Below, in pieces: positions 25,787-37,273 of a stretch of 64,000 nucleotides of DNA. The DNA is taken from NCBI GenBank assembly GCA_028023455.1, contig JAQFVV010000003.1, positions 62,001-126,000 on the forward strand, written 5' to 3'. Within the stretch, counting starts at the first letter, position 1. Each line of letters opens with the position of its first letter. The position numbers and the translations under genes were made by a program. The notes beneath the pieces are model-generated. The model saw nothing but the letters and a program-made list of their open reading frames with translations. It did no database searches and was not told where the DNA came from. This stretch comes from Epiperipatus broadwayi (lineage: Eukaryota; Animalia; Onychophora).

Positions 25787-26020
25787 ATATATATAAATGA
25801 ATACACCAAACTTCTTTTTAAAACTTGTTTATTATATGATTTGTTTGGAATATGTGATATTTATATTTATTATTATATATTTGTATTTTTATTTTTTTAG
25901 TGTTCCTTAAAAGAACTATATTATAAAATAGTCGAATTGTTGGTATATAGTTGTATTTTTATAATAGTTGTATAATAAACAAGTTTTAAAAAGAAGTTTG
26001 GTGTATTCATTTATATATAT
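25787..26020. mobile_element. MITE-like element with perfect 50-bp terminal inverted repeats
   Basis: 25787-25836 (atatatataaatgaatacaccaaacttctttttaaaacttgtttattata) is the exact reverse complement of 25971-26020. The 134-bp interior is AT-rich and the ends are TA-rich. Confidence 0.75.
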
Positions 26021-26871
26021 TAATATGGACAAAATAATAATGGCTGAAATTAATACTAAAATGAAAATCAGGTAACTTTCTTTGATTGAAATGATTCTAA
26101 AAAAATATATCTTTGTTCTTGAGAAAGGCTTTTAATATATTTTAGCAGTAGCTACTTATAAATCTGAGAATTGTATATTTAACAGAAAGAATAATACAGA
26201 GATTTCACACTACACAATTTAGATTTGGAAAGATAATATTTTGTGATAACAAAGAGATATTAAATCAAAATACATAGATTAAAAATTATTTAAAGAATTA
26301 AGAAGATGAAATGAAGCTGGACAGAGCATATTGCTAGCAAATGTGAAAACAAATGCAGTAATAAAGATAATAAAATAATCACAATATATTGTGACAAACC
26401 ACAAGTGAGATGAATGAATGGTTTAAAAAAATAATTTGCTAACTTGTGGAGAAGATAATTATGAATCAGAGAAACTAAGCAGCAGAATGTGTAGTGTGGC
26501 TGTAAATTTAAGATGATAATATAAAATATGATTAAGAAAAAGGTAAATAATGGCAGAGTTTCACTGAAAATGATGCCTCTCATTGTTTGCAAAAGCTATA
26601 GCTTAAATGGACTGCATCCAGTTCTGTCACTTTCATTGCTTGTATTTCTTATGGACGTCTGAAAAATTAAAGCCACTTAATTGTTTATTTATTTACTATT
26701 GATGATAAAGTATTAATACAGGATCATAGTTCTCTTTTACTTGGTTATCTCATCCTATATTCAGATAGAAAATTGTGTATGGTGATTGTACATAATATAA
26801 TATAAGAGTAAATCTTTCCAATATACTTTACTACAATATGTTTTGCTGAAGGTTTGTGATGATGGTGTTTT

Positions 26872-27350
26872 AGTTGTATTTTTATATTGGATTATTTCCA
26901 TCATCTAATATGAGTATTGAATGTCTTTAGAAACATTTAACTTTATTTAAATATTTCAAATACATTCAACTATTAGTAATAGCTCGTCAAACAGGTAAGT
27001 AAATATTCACCAGTGACAGTACTAGCATGGGAATCAAACCTGAATCCTTAGATTCTTGAGTATTGAATTTTAAGATAGTTGCTTAGAGCATTACCTTAAA
27101 ATGTAATACTCAAGAATCTAGAAGTCCAGGTTTAATTCTTATGCTAGTACTGTCACTGGTCAGGCCAGCAACACCTGAAGAAGATGGGAGAATAATACCT
27201 TTCCAAACTTTGTGCATTTATTATCCTGTTTGACATGCTATTACTAACAGTTTCATGTATTTGGAATATTTAAATAAAGTTAAATTTTTCTAAAGGCATT
27301 CAATACTCATATTAGATGATCGGAAATAGTCTAATATAAAAATACATACT
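26872..27350. mobile_element. Fold-back element (family C) with nested arms and a hammerhead-like remnant in the right arm
   Basis: Outer arms ~26872-27000 / ~27215-27350 and inner arms ~27009-27074 / ~27094-27160 are inverted. The right-arm-only insert contains acac CTGAAGA(27175-27181) agatgggagaataatacctttc cAAAc tttgtgc. Confidence 0.6.
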
Positions 27351-29088
27351 TTACTAGAAGTTTTTACAAAAAAATATTTGAGAAATAAATGCTTATTCTT
27401 CAGGCTAGTTAGTATATTATTCATTGATGATAAATTTTGTGATTTTACTTTTTTATTTTAGGATTTCAGTAAAAAAATTGATAAGGTAAGTAGATAAAGT
27501 AATGATGAATCACTAGCTCATAACTTTTAAAAGTATGACATATCTTTTACATTATGTTATAGTAAATTTTTTATACATATGATTGCTACAATGGATACTC
27601 AGGAGATCATATCAGATTAATATGGAATTTTTATCATCTTACTAAAAATAGCTGAATACACTTCTACTAAGCATTATTGCCCTACTAATTGATTACTTAA
27701 AAAAAGAATATATTTTGGTCTAGATTCATACCTAGAATATGGACTTGATAAGTAAGTATGGTAACAATAGTACAAGTTTTTTAAAGAAAATCTAGATATC
27801 GTCTAATTAATATTGAATAACTATTTAAGTTGATTATTTTAACTATCTATCATAAAAAATTCTAGTCCGATCTGCAAATATTCTAAGCTGCACTTCAATT
27901 TGAATTCACAACAGCTGATAAAAAATATTTATTTTTAAATACATATTTGTAGAATTACTTTGTAAAAATGTTAATGTTATTAAAGTTTTTTTCTAGTCAA
28001 AATAAAAATCAGTATTTCGCAATTAGCTATTATATTTGACATTAATTACAAGACTAAGCAGTGTTTATTTTAAAATGTTTTGTGTGATTATTGGGTTAAT
28101 TTTTAATTTGTTTATAGATAGTAAGTTACCTCGGGGATGTGCGAGTGTTTCTGAAGTGCTGTCATTAATTAATTAAAATCTAAATTGATTTACTAATTAT
28201 TCAAGATATTAAAACTTGTTACTAAGTGAATTGTAAGCAGCTATATATATTCAATCGTTAAATGTTTGCCTTGATCTTAGCTGAGTAATAGAATGGGCTT
28301 AAAACTAAAGATTGATATGGATAGCAGTTCAGCTCTATCACTTCCGCTACTTAATGTGACCTAGCGAGTTCAAGCCATTGGTGAATCTTTTTTAGCTTGA
28401 TTGTTGACTTGCAAAAAATAAAAATTTCACATAATAGTTATTGTGTCTTTCTGACATGCTTATAATCTGATTGGGGATTTATTCAGTTGAGTAAACTTAA
28501 CATTTTTTCAAATCTCACATAGATTAGGATTTTTTATTTTAGGTAGATAGTACATAGACAATCCAACTAGCTGATCAAATGACCAGTAAATAGATATCTA
28601 TAAATTCTCAGTTATAGGATGAAGAGTTCAAAGAAATATATAGTATTAATAAAATGAATGTTTATATGTTGATTATATAAAATATAATTGTAATACTATG
28701 CAGATTATTAATAAGTGGATGTGTCTTCTTCTTATGGAAATTGAACCATAGTTATCATTTTTACTTCAAGTAAGCTTAGCACTTTTTAAGTGAATATTAC
28801 ATTTTCAACTCATTTATCAAATGCTGAATGGTAAATGGGTGATTTATCAAGTTTTGACTATTAAGAAAATTGTAGTAATATTTTCATTTAAAAGTGTTAT
28901 ACACTCTATGTAAAAGAAAACAAATTAGAAAATATCACATGATCACTATTTCTTATGCTAGCACATTACTGTTATTAAAACAGGCAAAACTCTCCATACA
29001 GTAGTGCCACTCAGTGCCAACCAGGGTAATCAATGGATGCCATAAGGCTTGTGCATAAAATCCCTATTTAGTGCCCACTCATCCAATA

Positions 29089-29130
29089 TCCCCAGACTAG
29101 TTTCTGGCTTGTGGCCTTTGTCAAGGAGGA
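29089..29130 (-). ncRNA. Hammerhead motif, family B, core-mutated
   Basis: Minus strand: tcctcc TTGACAA a GGC cacaa GCC a GAAA CTAGT C tgggga. The CTGANGA box is mutated. Confidence 0.6.
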
Positions 29131-29306
29131 GCTTTGGATCTGAGAGCACTGCATATGATTATATAAGCTATTGAGCTTAGATTGAAAATATTATTCTGTT
29201 TTCAATTTTATTCTCATAGTTTTGTAGTTAAGTAGAGATAAAAGATGGTCATTGGAGGGTTGCATTAGATCTTAAGATCTAGATGCAGTGCTCTCAGATC
29301 CAAAGC

Positions 29307-29348
29307 TCCTCACTGAAGAAGGCTACAAGCTAGAAACTAGTCTGGGGA
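29307..29348 (+). ncRNA. Type I hammerhead ribozyme motif, family B (best preserved)
   Basis: TCCTCA CTGAAGA(29313-29319) A GGC tacaa GCT A GAAA(29333-29336) CTAGT C(29342, GUC triplet) TGGGGA. Stem I is 6 bp and stem III is the palindrome ACTAGT. An unpaired A flanks each side of stem II. Confidence 0.75.
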
Positions 29349-32027
29349 TATTGGATGAGTAGGCACTAGATAGGGATTTTATGCACAAGCCTTATGGCAT
29401 CCATTGATTACTCTGGTTGGCACTGAATAGCACTACTGTATGTAGAGTTTTTCCTGTTTTAATAGATTAGAAAATATAATTAGAATATGATCACAAGATA
29501 GTCCCAATTTATATTTAACATCTGCATTGAGCATTAATCTACTCTATTTTTCCTAACCAGCACCAATTATTTTAATTATTAGTAATTAATGAACATTTCC
29601 TAACTGAATTTGACTATTGGTCTCCATTAGTTATTGCTGAATGTGAATATGCAATACAGAGATCATTAATGGGGAAGAATAACAGTCAAAAAATTTCTAG
29701 ACATTTTGTCAGCACCTAATGCACATTGATACAATAGATATATCTTGGGTAGAATAATAAAATGAAAAACTGTTCTCAATATATATTTATGAAGGTTAAA
29801 TCGATAGGTTATCATTATCTTTCAATAAAACTATTTTAATTTTTTAAAGCAATAAGTACATTGAATGTATAAATATCTTATAAGTACAATGTCTTAAATT
29901 CATGTTTAGAAAAAAACAATTACGGAATCAGCAATAAAAAAGTACCACTAGTTTTACATAGATTCTATATCATATTCAATCAATATGTCACTGCTCAAAT
30001 GAAAAAAAAAAAGCTAAACAATAAAATAACTAATTTTATATATATGTTATTGGAACAAATCTTTTAACAATTAGAACATGTTAAATTATAATAGCCAAAA
30101 ATGAAGCATTAAATCCATTAATGTCTTTAAAGTTATCCTTAAGAAGAAATAATAAAATCTTATATTTATTATATTTTTTTAGGCATTTTTACTGTTGCTA
30201 AAAATCTTTTGGTGCTCTTGTATGGCTACTGCATTTTTATGCTTCACTTATAGTTTGATCCTTGGATCATGAAAGAAAAATTGTTGAAATGAAGAGAAAA
30301 CTGTTTGTACACTGAAATGTTTCCCAAATAAATTCAGAGATTTGAAAGAAGCAAGCACATACTCACTAAGCTCGTTTTTGAAAATATATCAGTGATTAAA
30401 TATTTGGCTATTTTTTGGCTGAAGAATAAAATATTTAAAAAATCTAAAACTTCATCATTTAGTAAAAATGGATTAGCTAATTAGGATATGAATATTATTT
30501 ATTTTCTAGTACTGCTCAACACTTTGGAGAAGATGCTAATTAGATCAGTTCTCTGTAGTTTTCAGTTGCTTTTTTCATAAAAAATTTAATTAACATCAAC
30601 AAATGTTTTCTAATGTCTTTATCTATATGTGAGATTTAAAACAACTAGTTTTTAATTACTTTTTGATTTGTATAAATTTATTTCTATGACATCCAGTGTA
30701 AATCAAGCCACTTTATACTTTACTGTCCCTATTTTTTCTCCTACTTTCTTTTATGTTATCATCTTTTCCATGGATGCATCAGTATTCATTTATTGATCAA
30801 AACATAAACTTTTAATTTAAATGTTTTTATTAAGTAGTTGTATTAATATTTTTAATCACAAAGTTCTATATAAGCATTCTTTTTGAAAATCATTATACGA
30901 TCCAAAAGTTAATCACTTGGAAGGTCATAAGATGCTCGAAGACTGACAATGATAGATGGAGCTTTGCCTTTTATATCAGTGACTCAAATAATCTAAGCCT
31001 TAGAGATCAAAAATATAAAATCTCATCATTATTCCATTAATGAAAAGAAAGTCAATAGATTTAATATTCTCTTTAATATCCTTATTTTAAGCATATTTTA
31101 TAATATTGGTTACATAATTTCCTGTAATCAAAAACATATGAAATTAAATATTTCAAAAGATCCACATTCATTTGGATACATTAGTGATATTAAATTTTTG
31201 TATTCTACTGTAAAATTACATTTCTCTTATATTCGAAAAAAAACGTTGAGGCATATAGTCTGTAACAAATATTTTAAAATTATCTCAATTCTTTGAAATA
31301 AACTTCAAATCCAGGCCATAAACTTGAAAATGTTTTCATATTCTATTTTCTTTTCAGATAATCAATCCTAATTACTTCAGGTAACGTCTAATATTAGTGG
31401 GAAACTACTCAAAGATCTTGCCCTTATAAGGAGGAAAGTAATAATGAGCAATAGTGTGCTATTAAAACTGTTATATCTTTTTACCTTTTAACACATAAAA
31501 ACCTCATGGTCTAAAGATTATTATAGAATATTTTGACACTGATTTTAGGTTCAAATCTGAAGTGGAGATCACTGAGAAATTTTTAGACAAACTGATTTTT
31601 TTTTCAAATGGTAAGTTCAAAGCCAATCCCTTTACGTAATCATTTTATATCAATTAGTAAAAGGAGAGTTAGTGAATATTGAAGTATTAACTACAAAAGA
31701 AAATCTTAATAAATCAGTAACAGCTAATGAAGAAAGGGTGTTTAGTTTATCTATTAACTATCATCTGTCCTTTTCTCTATTTTATTACATCCTCATTTTT
31801 TTTAAATATCTGATTTGTGATTTCAAATGTATAATTAAATATTTGCATTTATGTAAATAAGTTTTAAAATATGATTTTTTTCTATAGCGCAGGCTTTTTC
31901 ATACCTGCACTTCTATATGTAATATATAGGAAGTTTAAACTCAGAGTTTCACATGACCCTCAACTATCAATACTATCTTATACCACTGATACACCATATG
32001 ACACACATGTTGAAAAGACAAACAATC

Positions 32028-32071
32028 ACCAATATTAGTATTGTGTGCTAAACAAGCACTCATCAGTTGGT
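32028..32071 (-). ncRNA. Hammerhead motif, family A, GAAA mutated
   Basis: Minus strand: ACCAA CTGATGA GTGCT tgttt AGCAC ACAA tactaata TTGGT. Confidence 0.65.
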
Positions 32072-32252
32072 CCAGATTATCATATCCACACATATATACA
32101 ATCAAAGCTCAGCTTATATTAAGATAGCCAAATGGACGGCTGAGGAGTTGTGGGATGGAGTGGTTTGAAGCCTGTCCATTAAAATATGAAGATTGGCTAC
32201 CTTAATATAAGCTGAGCTTTGATTGTATATATGTGTGGAGATGATAATTGAG

Positions 32253-32296
32253 ACCAACTGACGAGTACTGGTTTAGCACAAAATATGTATATTGGT
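32253..32296 (+). ncRNA. Hammerhead motif, family A, G12>A
   Basis: ACCAA CTGACGA(32258-32264) gtact ggttt agcac AAAA tatgta TA TTGGT. Confidence 0.65.
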
Positions 32297-33116
32297 GATT
32301 GTTTATTTTTTCAACATGTGTATGATCAGGTGCATTAGCGGTATGAGATAATATTGATCGTTGAGGGTCGTGTAAAAGTCTGAGTTCAAATCCCCTATAT
32401 ATAAATAAGTTTTATAATACAAACTGAAAAATAAATTTAATAATCTTTTTTTAAAAAATTAAAAGTTGTTGAAATATGCAAACATTTCTACATGACTATG
32501 AAAATATATATTTAGCTGCAGCTTATCCAATTGAAGATCCTATGTAATGCTGAAAAATATTATGTAAGGAATTATTGATTACAAAAACGCACCTGGATAG
32601 ATTTTATTTTTGAAAACACCAAAAGAAATTTCACTTTGTCCCATATAGTTTATCCTCCCAAAAATTATCAATTTTGTCACAAAACACCTGTCGAATTCAT
32701 TTTTATAATTTGTTTACTAGGGCTGAACCGAATTACCAACTTTGACAGTCTAGAATATTATATATATTTTAATTGTAGTGATTGACAATCTTCAAAACTT
32801 TTAACTCCACACTTCTTAAATACATAAATTCATTAATAATTTAACAGAATAAAGACTTTTTTCTAATTAAAGTTCCCTAAACAATGAAACAGAGGAAGCA
32901 TTAGACATTTTATGTATAACACTTTTTTTAAACAAAAGCTACATTAATAATAGAATCAACCATCAATCGTTACTATGGAGAAAACAATTCCCATGATGCT
33001 ATTCAACTGATTTGGAGATCAATCAATATTCATTTATTACAAACCCATTTTTAAAATCAGATGATAAATCAAAACCACCAAAGGGAGAAAAAAAATAAAC
33101 AGGACATTTTATTTTA

Positions 33117-33920
33117 TCGTCACAATTAAATAAAATACTTCACTAATTGAAAGCTTTAATGATTAGGAAAGCAATGAATTATGTATGCAGTTATATGATT
33201 AAAATTCTAATTTACTTTGTAAATTATCGTAAACAAACTGTAGCGTGTCATTATTGCGGCAGGAAAAACATTTACAAATCAAATTTTTTCTCTTTAAAAA
33301 AAAAATGAGAGAAAGGTCAGATTTTATGAAATTTTAAATTTTTCTCGAAAATCAATGCTTCTTTAAATTATTCTGACAAGAGATTGTTATACTTTAAAAT
33401 GGATATTGTTCTGAAATCATTATTAGAAAGAAAACTCCAATCTTATAAAAGTTTAAATCTCAATTATAAAAAAAAAAAAAATGCAATAACTTTTTTTTTT
33501 TAATCTGCCAAAATACTTTTTTTTTTTTTAAAAAAAAAAAAATATATATATATAATTTTAAGAAGTTTACTGTAGTTTTATTTGGCATCAAATTTTATAT
33601 TCGGAAAATCAGTTCAGGCCAGAAATAGGCAACTTCCGACTTATGGGACAACTCGGCCCTTCGCTTGTTTATAGGTTGGACGGCGTACATTTTAAAAATA
33701 TATACAGCGAAATCAGCATAATTCATCTTTATTTTTAAAAAATTGATAAAAAATACGCTCATTTATATATAATTTTTAGATTAAACTTCTACTCACGATG
33801 ACACTATTCCATTTATGATGGTACAATGTGTTTTTTTTTGATAAAATGTTTCAATTGTTTATTTATCTTCGGTAACGAACTAACAAACCTACATTCTTAG
33901 AGCAGGGTCATTCTACGTTT
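33117..33920. promoter_or_regulatory. CpG-retaining patch, candidate promoter or enhancer
   Basis: About 17 CpGs in ~800 bp against a strongly CpG-poor background. ETS-like ACTTCCG at 33632-33638. No ORF or repeat identity seen. Confidence 0.4.
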
Positions 33921-34624
33921 TCAGTGATTTCCATCCAGATTACAAAGTTCAAAACTATAATTGTATTTTGTCAGTGATAAGGTAATTATGTAGTAGTAGT
34001 AATGCATAGTTAATGTTTAAGTACTTATATATTAAAGTTATAAGAAGTGGATAGATTTGCAGTAATGATAAAAAGTAAAACTCAAACACACATTTAAAAA
34101 AAAGTGGATCAATACATTATTTGCTATCAAAATAAATAATAAGGTAATGTATCAGATTTTCTTGGAAAGCATTTCTGTTAATAAGAAACATAATATTAAA
34201 AGACATTATTTATGTAACTATTCTAACTGCAACAAATTATTGGAAAGAAAAATGTATTAAAATGAAAAATTTGAAGAAGGTCTTAGTTAAGTAGCAGATA
34301 TACTTGCCAAAAGTTCAAATAAATCAAAAAATTCTATGAAAGTTAAGTTTGAAATGAAAATAGCACAAAATTTGAAACCATTTTTGGAAAGACAATAAAA
34401 ATCCTATCCAAGTGCAATAGAATCTTTATATGTCCTGAACACAAAAAGAAATTCAAAAATATAACTACATCATATAAAAAAAAACAATTACAAGACAAAT
34501 AGAAGAACTGTCAACAAATATGAAACAATGATTGGAATAAAAAAAAAGGGCATTTTGATTAGTATTTGATAGTATTTGTCAAGAATACAGATCTGACAAA
34601 TATTGTTCAATTATTAATTTTTAT

Positions 34625-36270
34625 TTGAAGAATTAAATTGAAAGGCTGTGAACCTCTCATGCTTATTATAATACTTATCTAACAGCCAATCAGATGTTAT
34701 GATGGCTGTCTGAATAGTGATCAAACTGTAAACACAAGACAGAGAATTTTATGAGAAAAGGGCAGTCCACCCTCTTCTTTATTTGTCTTTCTATATATCT
34801 AAGCTAGTCTGAAGCATTTAGGTTTGAAAGCATAAAGCTTTTAAATATCTTCACATTTAACTCACTGAGTCTAAGTTACAAATGTACAGCACAAAATCCT
34901 ATGATTTATTACACAGTAGTTTTTAGATGTTATAAATTGCAGTAATGTATGTAAATAATATTTATTTTATAAAGCACAGATAGTTGAAATTAAATTGAAA
35001 GGTTGTGAACCTCTCGTGCTTATTATAATACTTATCTGACAGCCAATCAGATGTTATGATGGCTGTCTGAATAGTGATCAAACCATAAACACAAGACAGA
35101 GAACTTTACAAGAAAAGGATGGTTCACTCTTTTCTTTACTTGTCTTTCTATATATCTAAGCCAGTCTGAAGTATTTAAGTTTGAAAGTGTGAAACTTTTA
35201 AATATCTTCACATTTAACTCACTGAGTCTAAATTACAAACATACAACACAAAATCTTATGATTTACTACACAGTAGTTTTTAGATGTTATAAATTGCAAT
35301 AACATATGTAAATAATATTTATTTTATAAAGCTAAAGATAGTCAGTTGAAATTAAATTGAAAGCTTGTGAACCTCTCGTGCTTATTATAATACTTATCTG
35401 ACAGCCAATCAGATGTTATGATGGCTGTCTGAATAGTGATCAATCCATAAACACAAGACAGAGAATTTTACAAGAAAAGGACAGTCCACTCTCTTCTTTA
35501 CCTGTCTTTCTATATATCTAAGCTAGTCTCTAAAGCATTTAGGTTTGAAAGCGTAAAGCTTTTAAATATCTTCACATTTAATTCACTGAGTCTAAATTAC
35601 AAACATACAGTGTGAAATCCTACAATTTACTATGCAGTAGTTTTTAGATGTTATAAATTGCAATGAGTTAAATGAGTTATAAAATTGCGAAGAGTTAAAT
35701 GTGAAGATATTTAAAAACTTCACACTTTCAAACCTAAATACTTCATACTGGCTTAAGGGTGGACTGCCCTTTTCTTGTAAAATTCTCTGTCTTGTGTTTA
35801 TTATAACATCTGATTGGCTGTCAGAAAAGTATTATAATAAGTGTGAGAGGTTCACAGCCTTTCAATTTAATTTCAACTGATTATATGCACTTTATAAAAT
35901 AAATATTATTTACATATGTTACTGCAATTTATAACATCTAAAAACTACTGCATAGTAAATCATAGGGTTAGACTCAGTGAGTTAAATGTGAAGATATTTA
36001 AAAGTTTCACACTTTCAAACCTAAATGCTTCAGACTGGCTTAGATATATAAAAAGACAAGTAAAGAAGAGGTGAACTGCCCTTTTCTTGTAAAATTTTCT
36101 GTCTTGTGTTTATGGTTTAATCACTATTCAGACAGCCATTATAACATCTGATTGGCTGTAGGAAAAGTATTATAATAAGTGTGAGAGGTTCACAGTCTTT
36201 CAATTTAATTTCAACTGATTATATGCACTTTATAAAATAAATATTATTTACATATGTTACTGCAATTTAT
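34625..36270. repeat. ~360-bp tandem array: three forward units followed by about two inverted units
   Basis: Units start at 34625, 34984 and 35346 (ttgaa.attaaattgaaag...cagccaatcagatgttat...). Reverse-complement units run ~35690-35880 (internally deleted) and ~35881-36216, with a partial unit to 36270. Confidence 0.9.
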
Positions 36271-37208
36271 TTACTTTACTTTAAAATCATCTATTATTAT
36301 TTGACTAAAGAATTGACACTAGATGGTAGTTTTTTTTATTATTTTTGATCTTTTGTGAGGAGAAGCATTGGATTTCCCTCCATATCTACCAGCTACCTGT
36401 ACTATTTTATATTATTCAGATAAATAAGCTGAGATTTAAAAACACCCTAAGATTTTAAACTCAAACTAACTTATTTGCATACTTATATAGATATGACACT
36501 AGATCAATGATTAGATATTTTAGAACCAGTTTTATACTAATTCTAATAATTAGTTGATCCTTTATCAAGAATAGTATATATTTAACTATTTCTAACAAAA
36601 AAAAAGTACAATCAAACTTCATCATAGGTATTGACAAAATAAAAGATTATCTATAGACATATATATCTATGATTACTTTAGTTAAAGCTATGAAATTATT
36701 TTTTTAAAAATATATCTTTTAACAAATAAAAACATTTGATTCTACATAAATGTACTGCATTTTCAAACATAATTATATTTATAAAAAGGTTTTTTTTTTT
36801 TTTAACTTGAAACAACATGTGACATTATCAGAGCTTCCTCCTCTTCCTCAATAAAATTAGCTCAGAAAAATGAAATCAATGTTGCAAACTTCAATTTATT
36901 TAATAAAAACAGTACTTAAAAAAGTCCAAGAATCAATTCAAGGGTTTTATAAAAAAACAAATTAGGAGTTTAATTTAATAACATTGTACATCTTTATGTT
37001 CTAATTAAAAATAGCTTAACGTTAATTTATCAATTATTATTTAGATGGTTGTTGGGTTATGAATGGATCATCTACTTAAAAAAAAGCTTGCATGGAAAAT
37101 TTTTAATAATTTACTCAAACAGTTCAAATTTTACTAGAACGTTTAAATTGTAGATTTGAATCACAACATGTAAACATGACAAATGTACAAACCTATATAC
37201 CATGAGAT

Positions 37209-37229
37209 TATATATATATATATATATAT

Positions 37230-37271
<42 letters not shown>
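37209..37271. repeat. (TA)n microsatellite
   Basis: Directly visible, with one G interruption. Confidence 0.95.

Positions 37272-37273
<2 letters not shown>

Larger units (their letters stand above)
28973..29464. mobile_element. Family B hammerhead-bearing element, head-to-head pair (~180-bp arms)
   Basis: 28973-29154 is the ~90% (by eye) reverse complement of 29283-29464, with a ~128-bp spacer. Confidence 0.85.
31920..32405. mobile_element. Family A hammerhead-bearing element, head-to-head pair (~200-bp arms)
   Basis: ~31920-32130 is inverted at ~32192-32405. The ~60-bp centre is itself family A sequence in the right-arm orientation (tgaagcctgtccattaaaa = reverse complement of ttttaatggacaggcttca, seen at ~2593-2611 and ~45433-45450). 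Confidence 0.85.

Noticed and set aside
34625-36270. CRISPR-like array
   Set aside because: The whole ~360-bp unit repeats with no unique spacers, the context is eukaryotic, and there are no cas genes.
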